64,000 bases of DNA, from NCBI GenBank assembly GCA_016787505.1, contig JAEUUQ010000619.1, positions 316-64,315 of the forward strand, written 5' to 3'. Below the pieces are notes generated by a model. That model was given only the letters and a program-made list of their open reading frames with translations. It searched no databases and was not told where the DNA came from. The DNA comes from Saprospiraceae bacterium. GTDB taxonomy: Bacteria; Bacteroidota; Bacteroidia; Chitinophagales; Saprospiraceae. This document shows, in pieces, positions 25,889-35,703 of this stretch. Numbering within the stretch: position 1 is the stretch's first letter; each line of letters opens with the position of its first letter. The position numbers and the translations under genes are program-made.

Positions 25889-27487
25889 ATGAAAAAACTC
25901 AACCTATTACTTCTGATGCTTTGCTGTGCAGTATTTAGCAGCCAGGCACAAACCCGTTATCTCGACCAGGTGTTCAACCAGGTTAGCGTGACGCCTGGCG
26001 TTACCTACGCTACCAATGTTTCGATCCTCACCGGCGCACCCGCTCCGCTGGATCTTAAAATGAACGTATACACTCCTGTTGGCGATGATGAAACAGATCG
26101 CCCGGTTGTGATTTACTTCCACACCGGCAGCTTTTTGCCGCAGTATTTCAACGGCCAGATTACGGGCGGATTGCTCGATTCTACAGTTGTAGAAATGTGT
26201 ACTCGCCTGGCCAAGATGGGTTATGTGGCTATTGCAGCTACCTACCGCCAGGGGTGGCTGCCGCTGGCTCCCGACCAGAACGCGCGCACCAGCACGCTGT
26301 TGCAGGCAGCTTATCGCGGCATCCAGGACTCGCGGGCCTGTGTGCGCTTCTTGCGCAAAAGCGTAGCGGAAGCCGGCAACCCCTACGGTATTGATCCCGA
26401 GAAAATCGTAATGTGGGGTCAGGGCACCGGCGGTTATATTTCGCTGGGCGCCGCTTACCTCGACTCTTATTCGGAAGTCGTTATCGACAAATTTATCAAC
26501 ACCGAAACCCTGCTGCCTTATATCGATACTACAATACATGGTAACGTGTATGGCACCAACCAGGCATTGTTAAACGTACCCAATCACGTAGGTTATAGCT
26601 CCGATTTCAAAATGGCCGTGAATATGGGCGGCGCATTGGGCGATATTTCCTGGATTGACGGCTTTGATAGTGAACCCGCCACCATTGGCTACCATGTGGT
26701 TACCGACCCCTTCGCACCGTTTGGCGACGGCCCGGTTATCGTGCCTACTACCGGCGACTTTGTAGTAGCCGTATCGGGCACAAGAACGGCTGTTGCCAAG
26801 GCGAATGAATTGGGCAACAACGACGTGTTGGCGGATGTACTCGATTTGCCGAGTCCGCTTACGGCTTATGTGAATGCGCTCAAGCCCATTCCTTTCCAAT
26901 TCCCGGGCCAGGCGCCAACTACGTTGGGTGAAGACCATATCTATCCCCTGATACCGCCAAACTTCCGCGTGGAATCAGGCCCGTGGGACTGGTGGAGCAA
27001 GCCGCTGCTCGACGCCATCATACCGGCTGTCAATGCTACTTACGGCACCACGTTCAACTCCGATTCACTGCATCATGACGGCCTGCTTACCAACCCCAAT
27101 ATGTCGCCGCAAAAAGCCCGCGCATATATCGATACGGTACTGACATACTTCGCGCCACGCGCCTGCGCTGCCTTAGGCCTGGGTGATTGCTGTGTCGCGC
27201 TCGGGTTTGAATGCGTGACTTCTGTTGAAGACCTGGTGGATGCCGGCGAGGTAGGCCTGTTTGTAGCGCCCAACCCCGCTTCAGAAGAAATGTTCTTCCA
27301 GAGCCGTCCCGAGTCGCCGATGCTCGATATTCAGCTTTTCGACTTCAGCGGCCGACTGGTGCAAACGCACAATAACGTGAAGAGCGATGTGTTCCTGCTA
27401 CAACGAGGGTCGCTGCCTCCGGGCATGTATGTGGCCAAGGTGCGCTTTGAGAAAGGCGTGTCTTCGCAGAAGTTGATATTCAGGTAA
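25889..27487 (+). CDS. Secreted alpha/beta-hydrolase-fold (HSL/Abhydrolase_3-like) protein with a T9SS C-terminal sorting domain. The nucleophile elbow is atypical.
   Basis: Signal peptide. VVIYFHTGSF, YRQGW, IQDSRACVRFL and GIDPEKIVMWGQGTGGY follow the HSL-family order. The C-terminus VAPNPASEEMFF...KLIFR is a type-A CTD. Confidence 0.7.
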   Translation: MKKLNLLLLMLCCAVFSSQAQTRYLDQVFNQVSVTPGVTYATNVSILTGAPAPLDLKMNVYTPVGDDETDRPVVIYFHTGSFLPQYFNGQITGGLLDSTVVEMCTRLAKMGYVAIAATYRQGWLPLAPDQNARTSTLLQAAYRGIQDSRACVRFLRKSVAEAGNPYGIDPEKIVMWGQGTGGYISLGAAYLDSYSEVVIDKFINTETLLPYIDTTIHGNVYGTNQALLNVPNHVGYSSDFKMAVNMGGALGDISWIDGFDSEPATIGYHVVTDPFAPFGDGPVIVPTTGDFVVAVSGTRTAVAKANELGNNDVLADVLDLPSPLTAYVNALKPIPFQFPGQAPTTLGEDHIYPLIPPNFRVESGPWDWWSKPLLDAIIPAVNATYGTTFNSDSLHHDGLLTNPNMSPQKARAYIDTVLTYFAPRACAALGLGDCCVALGFECVTSVEDLVDAGEVGLFVAPNPASEEMFFQSRPESPMLDIQLFDFSGRLVQTHNNVKSDVFLLQRGSLPPGMYVAKVRFEKGVSSQKLIFR

Positions 27488-27575
27488 TACGACTTTAGGA
27501 CTGTACGACTGTACGACTGTACGACTTGGCGTCGTTTGTTCGTACAGTCGTAAAGTCTTATAGTCGCAAAGTCTC
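27488..27575. terminator. Bidirectional terminator hairpin built from tandem 8-mers (ACTGTACG / CGTACAGT).
   Basis: It fills the entire 88-bp gap between convergent stops. The unit is the same word family as the 17083-17183 array. Confidence 0.7.
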
Positions 27576-28310
27576 CTACACTCCCTTCAGTACCCCGAGA
27601 AAGTCGTCCTTTCGGCGGCGGGAAACGGGAATTCGGGCGCCGTCCTGCATAATGGCAAGGCCGCAGCCGGGATCATTCACAAACTGCCGCACAAACGCAA
27701 TATTGATGATATGTGATTGGTGCAGGCGAAAAAAACAGGGGCCGGGCAGCATTTGCTCGAAATGTTTTAGATTGCGTGACACCAGGCAGCGCTCCCTGTT
27801 GGCGAAATACACAAACGTATAATTGCCGCAACTCTCCAGCCTGGTAATTTCATTTGCTTGCGCAAAAACGCAGCTCGAACCCACGGGTAAAGCGATTTTA
27901 TCGGGCAGGCTCCCCTTTTGGTTTTGTAGGATTAACGCGTACTGCTGTTGGATAGTCTCCGCATACTGGCGTTGTCTTGCCTTTTTTACGGCCGTATAAA
28001 ATTCATGGGGTACAAGGGGCTTAAGCAAACAATCAACGGCATTATAGCGGAAGGCGCGGATGGCCGCTTCGTGATGCGCAGTAGTAAAGACTACCTGCGT
28101 ATTCAATTCCGGCAAGCGGTCGAGTAAATCGAAGCCGGCGCCGTCTTTTAATTCCACATCCAAAAACAGCAGGTCTACCTGCCGGTTGCGCAGCAGATGC
28201 TCCGCCTGGTGCAGGCTGTCGGTTTCGCCCACCACCCTGGCGCCGGGGCAATTTTTTGCCAGCAGTTGGCGAATCAGGCTGCACAAGTACCGGCAATTTA
28301 CAGCCAGCAT
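27576..28310 (-). CDS. LytTR-family response regulator with an atypical receiver.
   Basis: The receiver has LFLDV (Asp), FTTAH (Thr) and LLKP (Lys), but the N-terminal acidic pair reads NC. The C-terminal LytTR region contains RLHQSHIINIAFV. Start at the internal ATG (MLAVN). Confidence 0.75.
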   Translation of the reverse strand: MLAVNCRYLCSLIRQLLAKNCPGARVVGETDSLHQAEHLLRNRQVDLLFLDVELKDGAGFDLLDRLPELNTQVVFTTAHHEAAIRAFRYNAVDCLLKPLVPHEFYTAVKKARQRQYAETIQQQYALILQNQKGSLPDKIALPVGSSCVFAQANEITRLESCGNYTFVYFANRERCLVSRNLKHFEQMLPGPCFFRLHQSHIINIAFVRQFVNDPGCGLAIMQDGARIPVSRRRKDDFLGVLKGV

Positions 28311-28673
28311 AATTCGGGTATCAGTTTTCGCGGGTATTGCCGCCGGGTAAGAAGTTGTAGGTAATTGATCAGGCCAATACGATTTGGTTCCCATATAGTA
28401 TGTGCGTTTTGCTAACCGGACTATACCGGCTTTTTACATACATACCATTGCCTTTTTGTTTGTTACCTCCTTTTTTCGCCTTGTGTATCCCTTAATCCCG
28501 CAATCCGGTTCAAGACATCGCCGAATTTCACGGAATACTGACCGAATATCAGGAACCTGAGCAGCCTTGTGACAAGTTGACTATATTTGTCCATCTCCTC
28601 GTTCTGGCTTTTCTGAAAAGTAACCGGCGCCCTGTATGCAGTAATTTGCTCCAGTGTGAAATATCGTACATCT

Positions 28674-31600
28674 ATGAAAAAATCATTTTTCGCGGCATTA
28701 GCCTTGTTTGTCGTATCAGAAATCTCCGCTCAATTTCTGCCCGAACAAATCATTGCAGGGAGCACCACCGGCTTTTTCGCCGTCCAGGCCGCGGATATCA
28801 ATGCCGACGGCCATCCCGATCTGGTGAGCATCAGAGGTGTTGATGCGCAGGCTGTATACTGGCACCTCAACGACGGGCAGGGGCATTTCCCGAAAGAGCC
28901 TTCGGATTCGCTGGAAATCGAATTCCAGGCCTCCGAAGCCATGATCGACGATTTGAACGGCGACGGCTTTTTGGACCTGGCCTTCCCCGATTTCGTGACC
29001 ACCGGAAAAGTCATCTGGTATGCCGGCAACGGACAAGGGCAATTTGTGAAACACCCCGTAGAATACGCCGACAATATTCCCGTAGGCAGTATCGATGCAG
29101 CAGATATTGACCAGGACGGCGATTTGGATCTGGTATTGCAACAATTACTCTTTTCCTCATTTCAAATCCGATGGGTTGCCAATGATGGCCAGGGCAATTT
29201 TTCCAATCCCTATCTTATCGGCGCCCACGACGGCGGCAACACCCGCGTTGAAATCGCCGATTTGAACGCCGATGGATTGCCCGATGTACTCGTGCCCGAA
29301 CTGTCGGCCTGGTATTTTAATTACGGCCCCGGCTATTTCCAGTCAGCGCCACTCCCCACGGGTCCATATGCGTTGTTCGGCGTGGAAGATGTGGATGGCG
29401 ATAGCGACAAAGACCTGCTTGCATACGGGTTAAACGGCAATCTGGTATTACACCGCAACATCACGACACAGTTTACCACAGAAGAAATTCCAGTGGCTTA
29501 CGGCCAGTACGACCGCATATCGGTGGGAGACTACGACAACGACGGCGACCCGGATATGATGTTCAACTCTACCGCCTGGATCGAAAACGACGGCACGGGA
29601 GAATTTACGCTGCACAACAGCAGCTTTGATCAGAATAGCCTGTACATAGCGCCCAATATCATACTCCCCACCGCTGTGGATTTTGACGGCGACGGCAGGG
29701 TGGAGGCCCTCATACCCGGCGGTGGCTGGGTCGGCCAGGTTGGCCTTTCTACTGGAGGAGAGGTAGTCTCCGACATCATTGTGCCGGATATTGTCGGAGC
29801 CTGGGCCCTCAAAACTTTTGATTTCGACGGCGATGGCGATCAGGACATTATGATAACTGCCGACAAGTTGTATTGGTTTGCCAACGAGGGAGGCGGGTTA
29901 TTCGGCGCCCGGCAAACTGCTACCGATTTGCACCTTATCAGCACCTCGTTCCAATTCGCGGATATCGACGGCGATGCGGACCTCGATATTATAGCTCAAT
30001 CCTACCAGCTACCCAACAGCCTGTATCCCAGCTATATGTTGCGCAACCTGGGTTTTGGGTTTTATGCCAACCCCATCACCTTGCCTTTTTACGGCCCCGC
30101 TCCTCTGCTGCCTTTTGATTTTGACGCAGATGGAGATACGGACATCATCGGCGGCGCGCCGCTGCACTTCGGCGAAAACATCGGCAACGGCAATTTTGCC
30201 ACTCCGGAAGCCCTGACGGTGTGTTACGCAGGCACTCCCGCCGCAGCCGACATGGACAATGACGGCGACCTCGACATTGCAGTACCTTGCGACCTGGGCG
30301 TGACCATCCTGGAAAACGACGGGGCTGCGAATTTTACCGTGGCGCAGGATTTGGCCTTGCCCAACGTTTCGCGCAAAAGCTGGTGGGCCGACCTCGACGG
30401 CTCCGGCCTTCTCGATATCGTCGTGGCGCTGGATAGCTCCATCACATGGTTTCCCCGGCTGGCCGACGATACCTTTGGCGCCATGCAGGTGATCTATCAA
30501 TCGGTAGATTCGGAGATTACACCCCAGCTTATCCAATTGTTCGACCAGGACAGCGACGGCGATGTAGATATTGCAGCCACGGCGTCTCATCATATTTTGA
30601 TTATAGAAAATGACGGCACGGGAGGTTTTTCCTCCGTATACCAGCCGTTTTACATTCCGTTTATAAGCGATTTGGCGGTAATGGATGTGGACGACGACAT
30701 GGACCTGGATTTGGTTTTTGCCAACAATCTAATCGTCGGCTGGTTCGAAAACGTAACTACCGAAGCTTATATCTCGGGCACTTGTTATTGGGATAAAAAT
30801 GAAAACAAACAACGCGATCCCGGCGAACCGCCTTTCCAAAAACAAATCCTACGGCTCAATCCCAGCGGCAAACTCACTTTTACCGATGAAGACGGCAGCT
30901 TCCGGTTGTATGCCGATCCCGGGCAGTATGAGTTGCGTATTTCGCCCGACTCCTGTTGGGCGCTTACCACGGACTCGGCCGCTTACCATCTCGATTTCGA
31001 CGGATACACTCCCCTAGGCGAACTTGATTTCGGTTTAGCGCTCACGGGCACAGAAAAAAAACCTGCGGCCCAAATAGCTACCAGCCCTACGCGCTGCGGT
31101 TTTGAAGTGCCGGGTCTCGTCACGATTCTCAACAAAGGCTGCGCCCTGACCAATGCTGTTTTTGACCTTCACCTCGATTCGCTGGTGACATTCATCAGCG
31201 CCTCCCCGCCGCCTGACGTGGTGATGCCCGGCTTGCTCAGCTGGCAACCAGCCGATACCTTACTGCCCGGCGATAAACTCGATATTCATTTGGTGTTAAA
31301 AATCGCCGGTCCCGAACACCTCGGCGATACCCTCCGGATACTCGGCATCACCCGAGCACTCGACCAGAATGGAAATCCCGAAATCCAGGCCGACTCTACT
31401 TTTTTATTTTCTGTCATCAACTGCGCTTACGACCCCAACGACAAGCTCGTTAACCGCGATATGTTACCGGAAAACTACGAAACGGCCGCTTCCGAGCTCG
31501 TTTACACCATTCGGTTTCAAAACACCGGCACCGATACGGCTTTTCACATTAATATTCGCGACCGGCTCGCTCCGGAGCTGGATTGGAGCAGCTTCCGGCC

Positions 31601-32132
31601 ATTAGGCGCCAGCCATCCCTATTCCGTCACGCTGGATTCAGCGACCCGCACGGCGGTATTTTCTTTCAGCAATATCCTGCTGCCGGATTCAAGCGCCAAC
31701 GAATTGGCCAGTCACGGCCTGGTGCAATTTTCCATATACCCGGTTGCTGATTTGCCTCCCGGGACGGTCATCAGCAACCAGGCGGGCATTTATTTCGATT
31801 TCAACCCGCCCATTGTGACCAATTACGCCGAAACGTGGGTACAAACCACCGTGGGCGTCCACCAGCCGGTATTTGCGCAAGAAAAAATACGCCTTTGGCC
31901 CAATCCAGGTTCAGGGGATATTTTCATCGATTGGGGCGCTCCGATGCCCCCGGCGGGAGGCCGTTTGCTGCTGACCGATCTGACCGGGCGTTTGCTCCGG
32001 GAAATTCCCCTGCCCGCTGCTTCCAATCAAAGCCGCCTGGCATTGGGCGATTTACCCCAGGGTATGTACCTGATACACATACTCGCAGAAGGCCGTATCT
32101 GGCGGGCAGCCAAAGCCGTAAAGTCAAATTAA
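28674..32132 (+). CDS. FG-GAP/VCBS-repeat protein with DUF11-like conserved repeat region and T9SS CTD (paralogue 1).
   Basis: Signal peptide. Many D.DGD.D Ca-binding FG-GAP loops. CAYDPNDK...[14 protein letters not shown]...ILLPDS..NE..SHG block. C-terminal LWPNPGSGDIFI... Confidence 0.85.
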   Translation: MKKSFFAALALFVVSEISAQFLPEQIIAGSTTGFFAVQAADINADGHPDLVSIRGVDAQAVYWHLNDGQGHFPKEPSDSLEIEFQASEAMIDDLNGDGFLDLAFPDFVTTGKVIWYAGNGQGQFVKHPVEYADNIPVGSIDAADIDQDGDLDLVLQQLLFSSFQIRWVANDGQGNFSNPYLIGAHDGGNTRVEIADLNADGLPDVLVPELSAWYFNYGPGYFQSAPLPTGPYALFGVEDVDGDSDKDLLAYGLNGNLVLHRNITTQFTTEEIPVAYGQYDRISVGDYDNDGDPDMMFNSTAWIENDGTGEFTLHNSSFDQNSLYIAPNIILPTAVDFDGDGRVEALIPGGGWVGQVGLSTGGEVVSDIIVPDIVGAWALKTFDFDGDGDQDIMITADKLYWFANEGGGLFGARQTATDLHLISTSFQFADIDGDADLDIIAQSYQLPNSLYPSYMLRNLGFGFYANPITLPFYGPAPLLPFDFDADGDTDIIGGAPLHFGENIGNGNFATPEALTVCYAGTPAAADMDNDGDLDIAVPCDLGVTILENDGAANFTVAQDLALPNVSRKSWWADLDGSGLLDIVVALDSSITWFPRLADDTFGAMQVIYQSVDSEITPQLIQLFDQDSDGDVDIAATASHHILIIENDGTGGFSSVYQPFYIPFISDLAVMDVDDDMDLDLVFANNLIVGWFENVTTEAYISGTCYWDKNENKQRDPGEPPFQKQILRLNPSGKLTFTDEDGSFRLYADPGQYELRISPDSCWALTTDSAAYHLDFDGYTPLGELDFGLALTGTEKKPAAQIATSPTRCGFEVPGLVTILNKGCALTNAVFDLHLDSLVTFISASPPPDVVMPGLLSWQPADTLLPGDKLDIHLVLKIAGPEHLGDTLRILGITRALDQNGNPEIQADSTFLFSVINCAYDPNDKLVNRDMLPENYETAASELVYTIRFQNTGTDTAFHINIRDRLAPELDWSSFRPLGASHPYSVTLDSATRTAVFSFSNILLPDSSANELASHGLVQFSIYPVADLPPGTVISNQAGIYFDFNPPIVTNYAETWVQTTVGVHQPVFAQEKIRLWPNPGSGDIFIDWGAPMPPAGGRLLLTDLTGRLLREIPLPAASNQSRLALGDLPQGMYLIHILAEGRIWRAAKAVKSN

Positions 32133-32153
32133 AAAATTGAAAACCAATAGTAT

Positions 32154-35100
32154 ATGAAATATTATCTGTGTGTTATCGCTGCATTATTTGGCTTGGCAAC
32201 GGCCCAGGCTCAATACACGCCACCGGTTGTGATCGACAGCAGCGCAAATAATTTTTATGCGCTGGGCGCCGTCGATTGGGACCGCGACGGTGATCTGGAT
32301 ATGCTCGGCAATATTCTCCTCTATATATCTCCTCAATTTAACGCCTATTATGCTTTTGGCTGGTTAGAGAATACGGGCAATAGCTTATCTGCATCGCCGA
32401 TCATATTGGACACCATTTATTACTCCGAACCTCCTCTGGTGGCAGATTTTAACGGCGACAACCTTTCAGACATCGTATACAACGGCTTCACAGATGCCAA
32501 CAACACCCTTTTCGTGGTTATCCGGCTACAATTGGAAAGTGGCGGCTTTGGTCCGCCTGTGTTACAATTTCCAAATCCCAGTTATTACAAAAACTATGGC
32601 ATAGCCGACTTCGACGGCGACGGAGATATAGATTTTGTTTGGACAGACGATGCCTCGCTGAGTTGGTACGAAAACGACGGTACGGGCCATTTTGAACCGC
32701 CCCATTTCATTGCCGACCCGGCAGGGAAAATACTGCATACCGCCGACGCCAATTCAGACGGGCTGCCGGACTTGTTTGCCGTGGATGAAGACACCTATGA
32801 AGTGTTTTATTTCGGAAACCTCGGCGGCGGCAATTTCTTCCCCAATATACTGGCAGCTACCTTGCCGTATTGGCCGGACCATTTCAAAAATGCCGACCTC
32901 GACGGCGACGGGCTGACCGATCTGTTGCCGGTATATCGCGACGGCGGATTGACTCCCGGCCAGTCCTGGCTGAAAAACCTGGGCAATGGGCAGTTTGCCG
33001 ATCCGCAAGCCCTTGATCCGGCGGCTGATTGGTCGCATTTAGTCAAGGAAATTGCAGCGGGAGATATAGATCTGGACGGCGATGCGGATGTTATCGCCTT
33101 CATGACCCGCGATTCGCTGGTTTGGTTTGAAAACACAGGTAGCAGCCAATTTTCTGCCAAATTACTGGCCGTCTGGCCGGAGGTGCAAAACCTGGAGCGG
33201 TTAACCCTGGGCAATTTCGATGGCGACGGCCTGCCCGACCTGGTCGCTAATTACTACATTATCGGCCCTATTTTGATAAAAAACCTCGGCAGCGGTCAGT
33301 TTGCTCCCCGCCAAACGATACTGCCCAAACTACTGTCACTGACCATAGCGGAGGCTACCGACCTCAACCAGGACGGATTAAAAGACATTTTGGCGATATC
33401 GGGCAACGATGGCAAATTGGCCTGGTACCCCAACCTCGGGGGCGGGCAATTCGGGCCAAATCAGATCATTTCCCATACCAATTACAACGGCGCTTTTGCC
33501 CATTGCGCCGACCTCGACGGCGACGGAGATACAGACCTACTTTCGGGTATCCCCAAAAAATGGGATACGCCTGTACCCACGCATGAATTAGTGTGGTATC
33601 CCAATACAGGCAATGCCACATTCGGCGAAGCCATTAGAGTAACGCCCGACAGCTTCTACCTGCCCGTTCAAAGCGCTGAAATCGCCGATATGGACGGCGA
33701 CGGTCACCCGGATATCGTTTGTATGGTCGTCACAGCCACGCAGAGTTTGGCCTGGCTGCGTAACGACGGCGCCGGCAATTTCGAATTCCCTTTATTTATC
33801 ACCCCCGGTGAATATTCAGGTTCATTTTCACTCACCGACCTCGACGGAGATTCGGATAAAGACATATTGGTCAGCTTCAACACCGGTCTCCATTGGCTTG
33901 CCAACGATGGAACGGGGCATTTCGGCGCTCCGGCATTAATCGGACCGATAGCTAGTAATTATCCCATCTTTGCCGAAGACCTCGATGCCGACGGCGATAT
34001 AGACGTTGTTTCCGTCTTCGACTCGTGGTACCCTAACCAGGGCGACCAGACCTTTGGGCCTCCCATTCCCATGCCTACCGACCTGTTTCCTACCCATTAT
34101 TATGACCTGAACCACGACGCCAAACCCGATCTAATCGGCAATTACGGCGATCTAATAGGTTGGAAGCCCAACCTGGGCAACGGTGTATTTGGCGATCGCA
34201 TCATCCTTCATTTCAAATATAATCAGCAGAATAGGAACGCCTGGGGAGTTGACGTAGACGGCGACGGCGACCTGGAAATCCTGTACTCCTGGGAATCTGA
34301 AATCGGCTATATTGATGATTTTGGCGGGCTGCCTTACATTTCGGGACATTGTTTCTTGGATGAAAATGAAAACGGCTTACGCGACAGCACAGAAATTGGC
34401 ATTGCGGATATTCAAACTACGCTTCTAGGAGCTTTCCGATTAGCCTACTCGGATGCAGAGGGTCAATTCAGGTTTTACGTAGAGCCGGGAGCATATACCC
34501 TATCCTATTTGCCGAGCGATTGTTGGGCGTTGACCAGCGACTCGTCCTCCTGGCATATTGCAGTGTCTGATACAGCCATTTTAGATAAATATTTTGGCTT
34601 CAAGCCCACGCTGGGCGTGCGGAAATTGTCCACCATGCTGGCTTCAGGTCCGACCATCTGCGGACAGGACGTAACCTTTTGGCTACAAACACGAAACGAC
34701 GGCTGCCTGTCTGCTTCCGGAAAAACAGCCCTGGTGAACGAAGAAAACCTTGCCCTCCACTGGGCCGAACCGCCGCCCGACTATGTGGTGGGAGATACGC
34801 TATTCTGGCTGGTAGACAGTCTATACCCCGGAGAAATCCAGAAAGTCTATTTATTGTTTCAGGTTGGCGTACTGCCTGCCGGTGACACGTTGCGTATGGC
34901 GGCCCTCAGCGAAACCTACGGCGCCGACGGCGTCACGCCCGTATATCGGGATACTTTTTCATTCCAATCCGCAATATTGTGCTCTTATGACCCCAACGAC
35001 AAACTGGTGGACCGTCCTGAACTTCCGCCCAATTACCAGCCGGAAGACGGCGAACTCATATACACCGTTCGTTTTCAAAACACAGGCAACTACCTGGCTT

Positions 35101-35684
35101 TCAACATCCGGATACGCGACACCTTAGATGCAGGCCTCGACTGGGCTACTCTGCGTCCGCTGTTTGCCAGCCATGATTTTTTCACCGGCCTCGATATTGA
35201 AAATGGTATTGTAGAATTCAATTTCCCGGATATCCTGTTGGCAGATTCGACCTCCAACGAGCCCTTGAGCCATGGCTTTGTCTCCTTTGCCATCCGCCCC
35301 AAAGCGGGGCTTGCCGAGGGGACACTCATCCCCAACCGGGCGGGAATTTACTTTGATTACAACCCGCCTGTCATCACCGATTACGCTGAAACGAGAGTGG
35401 GTGTAACCGTCAGCGTGCGTCCCGAAAAATCGGCGGACAATTGGGTTTCCTTATTCCCCAATCCGGCGTCCACGGCGATAACCCTGCAATTCAGCCAATC
35501 GCCTGGACTAACGCGGGTCAGGATTTTTGATATGCAAGGGCGACCTTGCCTGGATCGACCGCTGGAGACGGCGGGTCTGTCGGCCAGTCTCGACCTGCCG
35601 CTTTTACCTGCGGCGGCTTATATCCTGGAAATTACCGGAGAAAACGGCGAGTTGCGCAGAGCTATACTCGTTATTCACCAATAA
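32154..35684 (+). CDS. FG-GAP/VCBS-repeat T9SS cargo protein (paralogue 2).
   Basis: Same architecture as paralogue 1: CSYDPNDK...[14 protein letters not shown], and C-terminal [14 protein letters not shown]. Confidence 0.85.
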   Translation: MKYYLCVIAALFGLATAQAQYTPPVVIDSSANNFYALGAVDWDRDGDLDMLGNILLYISPQFNAYYAFGWLENTGNSLSASPIILDTIYYSEPPLVADFNGDNLSDIVYNGFTDANNTLFVVIRLQLESGGFGPPVLQFPNPSYYKNYGIADFDGDGDIDFVWTDDASLSWYENDGTGHFEPPHFIADPAGKILHTADANSDGLPDLFAVDEDTYEVFYFGNLGGGNFFPNILAATLPYWPDHFKNADLDGDGLTDLLPVYRDGGLTPGQSWLKNLGNGQFADPQALDPAADWSHLVKEIAAGDIDLDGDADVIAFMTRDSLVWFENTGSSQFSAKLLAVWPEVQNLERLTLGNFDGDGLPDLVANYYIIGPILIKNLGSGQFAPRQTILPKLLSLTIAEATDLNQDGLKDILAISGNDGKLAWYPNLGGGQFGPNQIISHTNYNGAFAHCADLDGDGDTDLLSGIPKKWDTPVPTHELVWYPNTGNATFGEAIRVTPDSFYLPVQSAEIADMDGDGHPDIVCMVVTATQSLAWLRNDGAGNFEFPLFITPGEYSGSFSLTDLDGDSDKDILVSFNTGLHWLANDGTGHFGAPALIGPIASNYPIFAEDLDADGDIDVVSVFDSWYPNQGDQTFGPPIPMPTDLFPTHYYDLNHDAKPDLIGNYGDLIGWKPNLGNGVFGDRIILHFKYNQQNRNAWGVDVDGDGDLEILYSWESEIGYIDDFGGLPYISGHCFLDENENGLRDSTEIGIADIQTTLLGAFRLAYSDAEGQFRFYVEPGAYTLSYLPSDCWALTSDSSSWHIAVSDTAILDKYFGFKPTLGVRKLSTMLASGPTICGQDVTFWLQTRNDGCLSASGKTALVNEENLALHWAEPPPDYVVGDTLFWLVDSLYPGEIQKVYLLFQVGVLPAGDTLRMAALSETYGADGVTPVYRDTFSFQSAILCSYDPNDKLVDRPELPPNYQPEDGELIYTVRFQNTGNYLAFNIRIRDTLDAGLDWATLRPLFASHDFFTGLDIENGIVEFNFPDILLADSTSNEPLSHGFVSFAIRPKAGLAEGTLIPNRAGIYFDYNPPVITDYAETRVGVTVSVRPEKSADNWVSLFPNPASTAITLQFSQSPGLTRVRIFDMQGRPCLDRPLETAGLSASLDLPLLPAAAYILEITGENGELRRAILVIHQ

Positions 35685-35703
35685 TTATCAAAAAAATAAT
35701 AAC

